Assembly (NCBI GenBank): GCA_028534125.1
Contig: CM052818.1
Span: forward strand, 26,724,001 to 26,788,000
Direction of reading: 5' to 3'
Source: Lama glama
Taxonomy: Eukaryota
DNA: 64,000 nucleotides
Shown: positions 39,101 to 49,907 of the stretch, one piece after another
Layout of the letters: every line of letters starts with the position of its first letter
Position numbering within the stretch: position 1 is the stretch's first letter
Made by a program: the position numbers and the translations under genes
The notes under the pieces: generated by a model
The model's input: the letters and a program-made list of their open reading frames with translations, nothing else
The model's database searches: none
What the model was told of the DNA's origin: nothing

Positions 39101-42100
39101 CTTTCTTTCTTTTTTTTAAGCAGTTGAGTTTTCAGTTTCAGGCTTTTATTTTCATCAAGGTCAGCTGTATTATACTGCACCTGTTGAGTACCTATACTAT
39201 ACTCAACAAGTCTGTACTATAGCTGTTAAGCTGTTACACTGCCTTTTAAAAATGTTGCAATAGTAATTAGCAGTTTCTTAAAAGTTAATCAGTATTCATC
39301 ATTATAGCCCTATAGCAGCTCTGCTGTTTTTAAATTGCTTAATAACAGCGTTTTTTGGCAACAGAACTTGATGATGAAGTCAGTTCCAAAGTCAACAGTA
39401 AGAAAAACAAGAGAAAAGGTGCAAATGATTTTGACTTTGCTGGGTCATTTCAAGGTAAGAAAATGAATTTAATCTCTTTTAAATCTAAGCATTATGCACG
39501 TGAAAGCTATTGTTCATTATCATTTGGGGAAATTAACTCCTCTGAATTGGTTAATACAATTTTTGTTTTTATAACGGATAATAAGTTTGATGTATTTTTA
39601 ATATATGAAGATTGCTGTTTCCCACATACACCTTCAATCATTTTCTCTTCCTAAATCCTTCCTCGTATTTAAATAGATCTAGATCATCTTTTCATTCATG
39701 TTGAAACCATTCAGTAATATGTAAGCCCTGGATTTTCCAGACACCTGTTGCCTTCTTCCTTTTCAGCCACCTCTTACCCTTGCCACTTGACCCATCTGAA
39801 AACCTATGCTCTTTATTAACGTCATTTTCCTTTTTCATGAGATTTCCCATTTTGCTGCCATGACAAAATGATTGTAACCTCAAAAATATATAAAATAGAA
39901 CAAATTAGCAGAAAGAATTTGACTTTTTTTTAAGCATATTAATGGATTATGCCTTTTAATGTTCACACTTCTGCAGTGCTAAAAAAAAAAGGCACTGTAT
40001 CAGGTGACAGTTTTTAAAGTTTTTGATAAAAACATAGAAAGCACTATAATATAAATATTTTATTCCTTAATTTGTGGATAAATTTGCACGGGCTTACTTT
40101 TTTTTTTTTTAATGCTTTGCTTCTGATGCCTCTTTAGTTTCTGCAAATACAGCTGACCCTTGAACAACAAGTTTAAACTGCATGGGACCAGTACTACATG
40201 GTCCATAGTTGGGTGAATCTGAGGATGACTGTAAATACATATGCCTGTTTTCAGCTGCACTGGGGATGGGTGCCCCTAAACCCCGTGTTGTTCGGGGGTT
40301 AGCTGTAAATACCGATGAATAAAAATAGACTTGCAAATTTAGAAGTAATTAAAATGCTTGACAATATTTTATTAAAATTAAATATTAAAAATGTTTTTTG
40401 ACAGTAAATATCAAAAATAATAACTATATATTGGTAAAAGTATATAAAGTATATATAAAAGTCCCTGAGAGACTTTTATGCCTACAAAATTTGTATTAGC
40501 CCTTTGAAGTACGGCTGACATCAAGTCCTTTTAACTAGATTGATTCAGCTGATGCATATTTACATCATAACATGTTATTTTCAAAATTTCATCCTTCATC
40601 GAGGATGTAAGGTCACACTTTAATAGTAGCATATGCTCTTAAGGCAGAGTTTTCCTCAAAGTCTCTCAGAAAAGAAATATTGCTTTGTCTTAAGTCCTTA
40701 TGAGCCTGCCATATTAAAAGATGCTCTCTCATTGACCTTACTTTGAATAATAAAGTACTATTTCAGAAGACATTAGCCTGAAAGGATCTCAAATCTCAAT
40801 GGATAGTAGTTTTGGATGCAGATTAAAAGATACCTGATTTTTAAAAAAGAGGCAAAGAAATTTGTAAGAGACTTACTAATTGATCCTGGGTAGATTTCAC
40901 CCTACATTTGCAAATGTTGGCTATCCCTAAGAATAAACAAACCTTAAGGAAACTTTAAGAAGGCAGTAAAGGAGAGGTGCTTGCTAAAGGAAGTTTTAGA
41001 TACATACCCACAGGATGAATGAAAACCAGAAAACCCTTCCTGATAATACACAAATGGGAATTTTAGCTTGGGATGAAATATTCAACTATAGCATCATGCA
41101 CAGTTCTTAATACACATTTCACCTCGATTAAAATTAAAGTGAAATGCTCTAGAAACTGTTGTCAAAAGTAGGCCTCATCTGTCCATGCAAAGGCTTGTAC
41201 ACAGTTGTTCTTAAAAGCATTTTTCTTAATAGCCAAAAAGTAGGAACAACCTAAATATCCATTGACTGATGAATATAGAAGCAAAAAATGAAATCCCATA
41301 TAGTGGCATATTATTCAGCAATAAAATGGAATGAGGTACTGATAAATGCTGTAATATAGATGAGCCTCCAGAATGCTATGCTAAGTAAAAGCACCTAGAT
41401 ACAGAAAATCACGTATCACATGATTCCATTTATATGAAATAGCCAGAAAAGGCAAAGGAGAGAGCATGTAACTGCAGAGGGGCAGCAGGAATCTTTTAGA
41501 GTTGATGGAAAATGTTCTAAAATTGCATTGTGATGACAGTAGAACAACTTTGTAAATTTACTAAAAATTACTGAATTATACACTTAAAACAACTGAATTT
41601 TATTCCTTAGTCAAGTTGTTTTTTTAAAGTGATTCTAGTAACACTAAAGACATTGATGTCAATAGAGTATAATGTTGTTTCAAGAAAATGGATAAAAGCA
41701 GTATTTCTAGTCAATATATTTTTAGACAATGCAATTTTAAATGTGTGAGTTAAAATGTAATAAATTAAAATGTAACAAATATTAAAAATAGATGTTTTAC
41801 TATTATCTATTTTGAAACATTAGATATTCAGAATTACAAGGGAGTTTTGTTTTTTTTTTTTAAGGAGAACAACTTTATTTTGAGTAGTATAAATAAAATT
41901 CCATTTATAACATAATAAACAAACCTTCCATCAGTTTCTTCCCTGTATTTAACCTTAAATATTCTAAAATCCATCCACGTCAACTTTGGAATTTTAATCT
42001 TGCCTGATACTATGAAACAGGGTAAACCTTGATCGATGGTCAAATCTGAAAGGCAGCAAGACACTACTGTCATCTGAACAGTTCTATTAGGATATTAACT

Positions 42101-43257
42101 TTTTAAATAATACTATATACTAACTCTTAAATAAGTTACATTTCTGTCTTTAAATGCCAGCTACCTAATGATGCTAGAAGATAACTGTAATTGTGTTTTA
42201 ACCCATATATATATATTTTTTAACAAAACCATGTTGAAAGATTGTATTTTTTCCAAAATAATTGGATTTACAATTTAATAATCTAGGTTTATACTTTTTT
42301 TTTTTAAGGACAGAGAAAAAGAAAGAAAAGAAACCTCAGTGACTCCAACCTATTTGTATCTGCTGAAGAGGTAAGGCTAACCTGCTGTCTTAGGCAGTTA
42401 GCTCTTGTACATTGTTTTAAGTTTTCTAATAAATGTATCCTCTCCCTCCACCCCCTCAGTTTGGCCACCTATTGGATGAAAATATGGGATCCAAGTTTGA
42501 TTACATTGGAATGAATGCCATGGCTAACAAAGATAATGCAAGTAAGTAACTTGAATTTTTATTAAGGCTTTAAAATAGCCTTAACTTAGAATTTCTGAAG
42601 ATATGAATATTTTTGGAGGACCTTTTTATAGTAAGAAGGGGTAAAATGGTTCCTTAAAACCTAGAAGGAATAGCTTTTTTATCTCACTGTTAAGGGAGCA
42701 CACAGGATTAAAATGTATTTATAGACTATAGCAAAAAAGTATTACAGCCTATGAAAATTAGGTTTTTGTTTTTGTTTTTTTTACAAAGGCAGGCTATTTT
42801 TACGTGGTATGAATTTGCTAGCTAACTTTATTAAGTACTTTAAAGACATTTTAATTATGTCTGATATTGATAGTTACTGGCTTCTCTTCTTTCACCAGTA
42901 AAAGTGTTCAGGGGAAATAAAATCTTTAAAGCACTTGTTCCTTTCCTGTCATCTTTGATGATAAATATGGAAGGAAAGCAGCCAACAAGCAGGGGGTTTG
43001 CATGGTGGATGGGAAATGACTGTAGGCCATGGCAGACCGGAAGTTCCTATTACTCAGTAGGATGTTCCATGGGGCCTCCAAGAGTCTACAGTGCGCTCAC
43101 CTTTCTTCTCCTCTCCAAAGGTTTCAAACAGCTTAGATGGGAGGCTGAACGCGATGACTGGTTACACAACAGAGATGTGAAAAGCATCATTAAGAGAAAG
43201 AGAAATTTCAAAAAGAGGCCAAAAACCACTCTGAAAATTAAAAAGCAAAGAAAATGA
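20990..43257 (+). CDS. CEBPZ: CCAAT/enhancer-binding protein zeta (Noc1/Mak21 orthologue), complete: join(20990..21145,23371..24860,29595..29826,30394..30583,32012..32100,34876..34929,35370..35472,35568..35636,36623..36689,37623..37723,38180..38237,38619..38806,39365..39454,42309..42370,42460..42541,43121..43257), 1055 aa
   Basis: Sixteen GT-AG exons sum to 3168 nt in frame. [13 protein letters not shown]...[10 protein letters not shown]...CBF/Mak21 domain ([40 protein letters not shown])...[14 protein letters not shown]...KKQRK*. Confidence 0.97.
22690..22812 (-). mobile_element. tRNA-derived SINE (camelid vic-1-like)
   Basis: T/G-rich tail then tttatttattt...ggaagtactgaggattgaacccaggacc...ctaccactgagctacaccc (reverse Pol III B and A boxes). 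Confidence 0.8.
23371..24860 (+). CDS. CEBPZ: CEBPZ exon 2 (1490 bp)
   Basis: 499-aa ORF QDYLMLA...YYAALYR; cag acceptor, GTAAGT donor. Confidence 0.97.
25280..25341 (+). mobile_element. Extremely 5'-truncated L1 3' stub (about 60 bp)
   Basis: gacacaacattgtaaaatgactgtaactcaataaaa...A-tail. Flanking direct repeat AAAGCTTTT at 25271 and 25342. Confidence 0.75.
26012..26171 (-). mobile_element. tRNA-derived SINE (camelid vic-1-like) with 14-bp TSD
   Basis: Same family as 22690. TSD AGTTTAATCCTCTT at 25998-26011 and 26172-26185. Confidence 0.85.
27352..28443 (-). mobile_element. LINE-1 3' portion (L1MA/MB-like) interrupting an older CR1/L3 relic
   Basis: Antisense L1 3' UTR and ORF2 end (tatgcccagaagtggaattgctggatcatatggtagttct...gtgcagaagctttttagtttgat). 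CR1-like flanks ggctgtcatgtagaag / gctccagaaggcag...acagatttca. Confidence 0.88.
29291..29460 (+). mobile_element. Lineage-specific L1 3' end, 5'-truncated, with 14-bp TSD
   Basis: gtatagcacagggaaatatat...gacacaacattgtaaatgactataactc-A tail. TSD AGAAATGGTCTCTT at 29277-29290 and 29461-29474. Confidence 0.88.
29595..29826 (+). CDS. CEBPZ: CEBPZ exon 3
   Basis: [25 protein letters not shown]...QLDDHP. Confidence 0.95.
30394..30583 (+). CDS. CEBPZ: CEBPZ exon 4
   Basis: [10 protein letters not shown]...[11 protein letters not shown]. Confidence 0.93.
32012..32100 (+). CDS. CEBPZ: CEBPZ exon 5
   Basis: [30 protein letters not shown]. Confidence 0.95.
32700..33871 (+). mobile_element. Charlie1-like hAT DNA transposon fragment (decayed transposase region)
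   Basis: ttcagacttgggtatttgg...aaaatgaatgaagtgaacc...aatgataaaattcaagc...catttggaagatttgcataactca...tgtgaggccagattttct...gcagatatgagaatcca matches recalled Charlie1 consensus. Confidence 0.8.
33872..34750 (-). mobile_element. 5'-inverted (twin-primed) L1 insertion with 15-bp TSD
   Basis: TSD TTGAGGTCCTTGATT at 33857-33871 and 34751-34765. Antisense L1 3' UTR at about 33904-34292, then sense L1 pieces at about 34293-34745. Confidence 0.88.
34876..34929 (+). CDS. CEBPZ: CEBPZ exon 6
   Basis: [18 protein letters not shown]. Confidence 0.95.
35370..35472 (+). CDS. CEBPZ: CEBPZ exon 7
   Basis: [34 protein letters not shown]. Confidence 0.95.
35568..35636 (+). CDS. CEBPZ: CEBPZ exon 8
   Basis: [22 protein letters not shown]. 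Confidence 0.92.
36623..36689 (+). CDS. CEBPZ: CEBPZ exon 9
   Basis: [23 protein letters not shown]. Confidence 0.93.
37623..37723 (+). CDS. CEBPZ: CEBPZ exon 10
   Basis: [33 protein letters not shown]. Confidence 0.93.
38180..38237 (+). CDS. CEBPZ: CEBPZ exon 11
   Basis: [19 protein letters not shown]. Confidence 0.92.
38619..38806 (+). CDS. CEBPZ: CEBPZ exon 12 (acidic)
   Basis: [17 protein letters not shown]...EVSLGSM...DENESIP. Confidence 0.92.
39010..39117. repeat. Pyrimidine-rich (TTTC/TTCCC)n low-complexity tract
   Basis: Direct reading of the sequence. Confidence 0.85.
39365..39454 (+). CDS. CEBPZ: CEBPZ exon 13
   Basis: [30 protein letters not shown]. Confidence 0.9.
40150..40305. 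mobile_element. Tigger2/MER8-like Tc1-mariner MITE
   Basis: TIRs cagctgacccttgaacaaca ... tgttgttcgggggttagctg; TA on both sides (40148-49, 40306-07). Confidence 0.85.
41140..41625 (+). mobile_element. Old L1 (L1MC/ME-like) 3' UTR fragment
   Basis: aatagccaaaaagtaggaacaacctaaatatccattgac...atgattccatttatatgaaat...gtaaatttactaaaaattactgaattatacactt. Confidence 0.75.
42309..42370 (+). CDS. CEBPZ: CEBPZ exon 14
   Basis: [21 protein letters not shown]. Confidence 0.92.
42460..42541 (+). CDS. CEBPZ: CEBPZ exon 15
   Basis: [27 protein letters not shown]. Confidence 0.93.
43121..43257 (+). CDS. CEBPZ: CEBPZ exon 16 (stop)
   Basis: [28 protein letters not shown]...KKQRK*. Confidence 0.95.
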
Positions 43258-43298
43258 GTGTTTTCTAAATAAATCACAAATCAAAATTCTACTTACTT

Positions 43299-45053
<1,755 letters not shown>

Positions 45054-45322
45054 TCAAACTTAATACCACATCTATAAGAATAACTCCAATTGATTCCCAT
45101 AGTTTGAATTATTATATAAAATCCCAAAGTTACTGTATACTTCGTTGTATTAGACATGGCTCATATTCCTAGTTTTCAACCTCCATGCCTGAGGGCCGCA
45201 GTGAACCAGACATGATTGAAGAAAGCGCAGAGAGGAGACAAAATTGAAGAAGTCATTGTAAAAAGAACTAGCGGTTTATGGAACTAAGGTTTTTAAATTG
45301 CCTAAGAATATAGAATGGTGGG

Positions 45323-45416
45323 AGATAGAGTAAATAATCTTTTTAGCTGAACTAAGAATTAAGTAAGATAGATAGAGTAAATAATCCTTTTAGCTGAACT
45401 AAGAATTAAGTAAGAT
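45323..45416. repeat. 47-bp tandem duplication (2 copies, 1 mismatch)
   Basis: agatagagtaaataatc(t/c)ttttagctgaactaagaattaagtaagat at 45323 and 45370. Confidence 0.9.
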
Positions 45417-45599
45417 ATGATCTAATGGGCATGATATGTGAAAGTTCTTTGTGAAATGCCCTATTCTGTAAGTGGTTGTACATGTTTATAGCTGGAGGTT
45501 TTCATTTATTTATACAACATATATTCAACTATGTGCCATAGTCTAGGCATTTTATACAAAGTTGAGTAACTAGTTCCTGTTCCTGAGGAGCTGTTATTC

Positions 45600-45797
45600 T
45601 AACAGTTTTTTCAAACTAATCACATCACCCAAGAGACTTGTTAAAAATGCACATTCCTAGGCCTCAATGGGCAATCCCCCAAACCCTAGATTCTGATTCA
45701 GCGAGTCTAGGGTTGGCACCCAGTGATCTGCCCTTCTACCGGCAACCCAAAGTGACTTTTATAGAGGCCCCTGGACCACATGAGGAGGAACACTGAC
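45600..45797. mobile_element. MER5-like hAT relic
   Basis: catcacccaagagacttgttaaaaatgcacattcc...gattctgattcagcgagtctaggg...ggaccaca...aacactg. Confidence 0.65.
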
Positions 45798-46411
45798 CAC
45801 CATCACCCAGAAAAAGTCAAAAGCAGACTTCAAATCTTGATTCTATTACTATAATGAAAATAAAAGCCAACTGGAAGAAAAGGCTTGAGTCATTACTCTT
45901 TCTCTAAAGTAAAAGCTAACAAGGAAAGTGCTATATAACAAGAAAACAGTATGTATGACTCTTCCTGAATATATGAAATATAATAAACCCACGTTTTTAC
46001 TCTGCCTCTCCCTAACCCCAAAATCAAGAACGACAGGAGAACCAGTGGTTTTTAAACTCAGGTTTTCAATATTGTCCTATGTATGCTCTTCATCGCACTG
46101 CGAGACGGCACGTCCTCTAATACTCAGCAGTCCTTCTCTCCGCTCACTCCATTCGCTTTATTTATTTATTTGTTTTGGTGTTTAAAATATGTTTATTACA
46201 GCTCCTGAAAATTGGGCAGCCAGCAAAAAGTACTAATACATTTTAGCGTTTGCATTTTTTTTATCTAAAAGCTGTGATAATGGCTTATGTGGATACTTGC
46301 TTTTTGAGACAAGTTGAGGTTCAATCCTGCGAATGGGAAAAGTAAACATCATTTCCCTGGAACATTAGAGCTATCTTTGGAGGAGGTTGATTTGATCAAA
46401 TTCTTTCCCCA

Positions 46412-46630
46412 TTTTTAAAATAATTTTTATTGAGTTACAGTTAGTTTACAATGTTGTGTCAATTTCCAGTTTAGAGCACAATTTTTCAGTTATACATGAA
46501 CATACATATATTCAATGTCTCATTCTTTTTCACTGTGAGCTACCACAAGAGCTTGCATGTATTTCCCTGTGCTATACAGTATAGTCTTGTTTATCTATTC
46601 TACATATGCCTGTCAGTATCTACAAATTTC
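46412..46630 (-). mobile_element. Lineage-specific L1 3' end (same family as 29291)
   Basis: tttttattgagttacagttagtttacaatgttgtgtcaa...atttccctgtgctatac is the reverse of the 29291 element. Confidence 0.85.
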
Positions 46631-47639
46631 GCTTTTGACTCCTTTTTGCAATGCCTGAGGGTGGAGGTAATTCAATACCCTACTTTGGTAGGATTATCTG
46701 ACTAATATTCTTACCAGGTGTCCCTTCGCTGCCAAATTCCCTTCTCTCATTTTGATAATGTGATCACCCTGGGGACTAAAAGATTAAAACTATCATTCTT
46801 TCCTAAGAGAAATGAAGCAGAGAAAGTTAAAAAAGAACTTACACATAACCGAGAGGCGGTGAGAAGGTTGGAAGGGAGACTTGTTTTGCTTTGTCTACTG
46901 CTATGCTGTACATTACTGACAGGAAATAAGCCATGATCAGTACAGGGAGCTCTCTTGCGGTTGTTTTATTATGTTCAAGGGGTGAGAAAAACAAAACAAA
47001 GCCTGCCTACAGCCAGATCCAAGTGCAAGGAATCCAAACAGAATTTTGTTTTGTTGGGATAGAGTGAAGATAGAGGTTCAAAAAATAAAGACCGAGTAAC
47101 ACTGTATAATAAAGCATTTACCTTTCTTAAAGACATACATACACATTTTACAGTCCAAGTCCCTCAGCTTCAGGAGAGATGTTTATGACCGATAAAACCC
47201 ACTTGATAAAGACCACCAAAGGCATACTCATCCACGATAAAGTTAGATTACTAACAGGCAGAGGAAGAACAAGATTATACAAGATTTTGGAGACGGATGG
47301 AACTCAAAATTTAAAATAAAGCAATCTTCTGACGGGCTGGAGGAAAAGCAGGGCTCTGCCATGGAGTCAACATCACACTGAGCTGAGAAGCTGATTCAGG
47401 GTGCACATGCTTAAGACAAACGTGCAATGTTGCATCCAAAAACCTCTCATCTGTGCACCAATGCTGGAATTCGACACGGTTCAGCATCTACAGGCAAAAC
47501 GATTTCTAACAGCAAGGTCTTTCCTCACACTCTAGATATGGGACAACAAGGTTTCCCAGCTACGACCCTGGGTTCAATTAACAAGAGCAGTCTTTCCAGG
47601 TTCTCAACAATCAAGAAGAGCTAAGCAAAAGCTAGGCCT

Positions 47640-48095
47640 CCGAGATGGGCCTCGGGCTGGCAACCCGCGATCCTCATCCCCTCGCGGCCCCCGCACCCCG
47701 GCTGTCCCGGTTCCAGCCATCTTCCCAGCTTCCCCGGTTCCCCCGCGCATCCTGGCTTCCCGACCCGCCGGGCTCCAAGGACGCTCGGCCCGCGCGGCCA
47801 CGCAACCAGCACGGCCGAGGTCGCCGAGCGACCCGGAAACACTCGGGCCTGTCCCGCGCCCCTCTGGCGAGACACATATAGCAACACCGAGTGTTCTCCG
47901 TATGGCCCCAGAACTCTGCCCAGGCTTCCCCCAAAAAGCACGCCCCACTCCCCGCTCTGGGGAGCCCAAGTCGGCGTCCCAGCGAGAGTCCCGCGCAGGT
48001 GTCTTACCTGAGGCGCGTACACGCGGAGCTGCGCATGCGCCAGGGCTGGCACAGCCTCACCCCTTCCGGCGTTGGCCCCGCCCACACACCGTAAT
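47640..48095 (-). promoter_or_regulatory. CpG island promoter and non-coding exon 1 of CEBPZOS
   Basis: CpG-rich. NRF1 palindrome TGCGCATGCGC 48030-48040, ETS CCGGAAG (-) 48063-48069, GC box 48076-48083. Minus-strand donor CAG|GTAAGA with the exon ending at 48008. Confidence 0.82.
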
Positions 48096-49259
48096 TACCG
48101 CTTACTGTGCTCTTCCTAAAAGTCGATCCTGACTGCAGGCTACTTATATTATTCCATTGAATCCTCAAAACAGCTCTATGTCATAATAGGTGCTATGTGT
48201 ATTTTATTTTACAGAGAAGGTGAGAGGTAGCCTCCTTCACCCCCTCCCCACAATCACACAGCTAGTAAGGGCCGGAACTTGGGCACTGAAAGCCTGTGCT
48301 CAGTCATTTTCCTACAACCTACAACCCAAAGTGTGAATCAGCAATACCGGCATCACCTGGGAGCTGGTTAACTGTGCGGACCTACTGACTCAGAATCTGC
48401 GTGTTAGCCAGATTCCTATACAATTCGTTTGTAAATCAAAATTTGAGAGTCACTGCCTGCCTGGCCCACTAGATTGGAGGAGGAAGAGGGGGAATCGAAA
48501 ATGGGGAATGGGAGGAGGAGGAGAAAAGGAATAAAAAAGTCTATTAAAGTTCCATGTTGTTGGGCTACACCCTACAGGCCTCCAAACCTTGTATTTGCCC
48601 AGGCTTGAGAGCAAAGAAAGAGCCTGGAGACAGCGACAGAGACACACCCATGGCTTATTGGGTGGGGGATGTTACACATCTGAAGCAAGGTCCTGGAGCG
48701 ACACCCCACCACATATGGCAGACAGCAGGCAGGACAGGGCAGCAATCTTCACGTTGTGGGGAGCAGGTAAAGGAGGCTACCACTTATAGGTGGAATTGAC
48801 ATTAGGTTGGCTCATCAGGCTACTCAGCAACTGGGGCAGGGGGCAAGCAAGTAGGCAGTTACTAATTAAGCCCCATAATTAAGAGGATTGGATAGTCATG
48901 TGAGTGAATCAGGATCTGGTCAGGAGGGGGAAATGTACAGAGAACAAGAGAACAGCGATCTTGAATGGCCTGACTATACCCATGTGCATGACAAAGCCTG
49001 AAACACACAAAACAGACACAGATCTACCTTCACTGACATTATAGTCTAGCAGGAGGGGTGGAATATATCCACAAATAACTAATAAAGAGCACACATGATT
49101 AGGGCCTTGCTTCTGATTTGAGGGATCCATGAAGGTGTTAGACAAGCAGTAACAGTTGGAGCTTTGCTCCTGACATGTAAAGAACATGCCCCTGAGGAGC
49201 TCTCTGTACCTGCCCCAATTTTCCTGGCCAATCCTGCAAGCAGATAGGGTAGGGGATCC

Positions 49260-49907
49260 TTGAAGAAAGACAACTAGGCATGTCTTTCTTGACATAAGAG
49301 AAGTCATTTTTGACCTAAGCCATTTTGTAATCTAAACCTGGCCACAATGCTTATCCTTGAACTGGTCTCAGTAATTAATGATCTTAAGGGAACAAAAGAA
49401 TTCAGGAACAAGAGAAGGAACAATATCAGACAAGAGAAGGAACAACAGCAAAACAGTAAATCAGGTTGTAAAGACTCCCAGTTCTATTTCAATGGTAAAG
49501 ATTAGCCTGAAGTACATTCTTGGCGTGTTTTGCAGAATTCAAGACCCACTCAACCACCAGATTCAACAGGAACCTAAGGAAGATGATTCTGACCCTTTCT
49601 GACCCTCATGACTTCAATTAACTAAAGCTTGGATTCTGTCAACCTTCGCCCCAATTCTATGCTGAATTCTCTTCTGCTCAAGCCCCTTTATAAATATGCA
49701 TACACCACCCAAACCTCTTTATGAATATACATATATCCTTAGCTTAAAACTTCCCCAATTTTGCTGTTCAGGGAGACACTGCTTTGGAGATCCCCAGGGT
49801 TATTCTTACTTGCTACATGTAATAAATCCTTCCTCCTCCCCCAACTTTGGCTTGGTTCTGTATTTTGGCCTGACATTCATCAAGAGGCAACCCAGTTTTT
49901 GGTAACA
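49260..49907 (+). mobile_element. ERV solo LTR (ERV1-like); start boundary uncertain
   Basis: gccattttgt start region, internal duplications, promoter-like AT region, AATAAA at 49821, pyrimidine-rich U5, ends ...ggtaaca. Confidence 0.65.

Noticed and set aside
38807..39222. Long read-through of CEBPZ exon 12 into a Phe/Ser/Pro-rich tail (206-aa ORF)
   Set aside because: It extends past a good GTAAAC donor through a pyrimidine low-complexity tract; compositional artefact.
42562..42584. 8-bp hairpin TTAAGGCT...AGCCTTAA just after the CEBPZ exon 15 donor
   Set aside because: Short AT-rich stem expected by chance in 64 kb; no conservation evidence available.
42904..43120. In-frame open intron upstream of CEBPZ exon 16 (117-aa ORF)
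   Set aside because: A clear branch point, pyrimidine tract and AG precede 43121, and the extension has no recognisable homology.
47604..48132. Several overlapping 67-154 aa ORFs in the CpG island
   Set aside because: Expected from stop-codon scarcity in GC-rich DNA; no recognisable protein. The same applies to the extra ORFs at 20580-21371.
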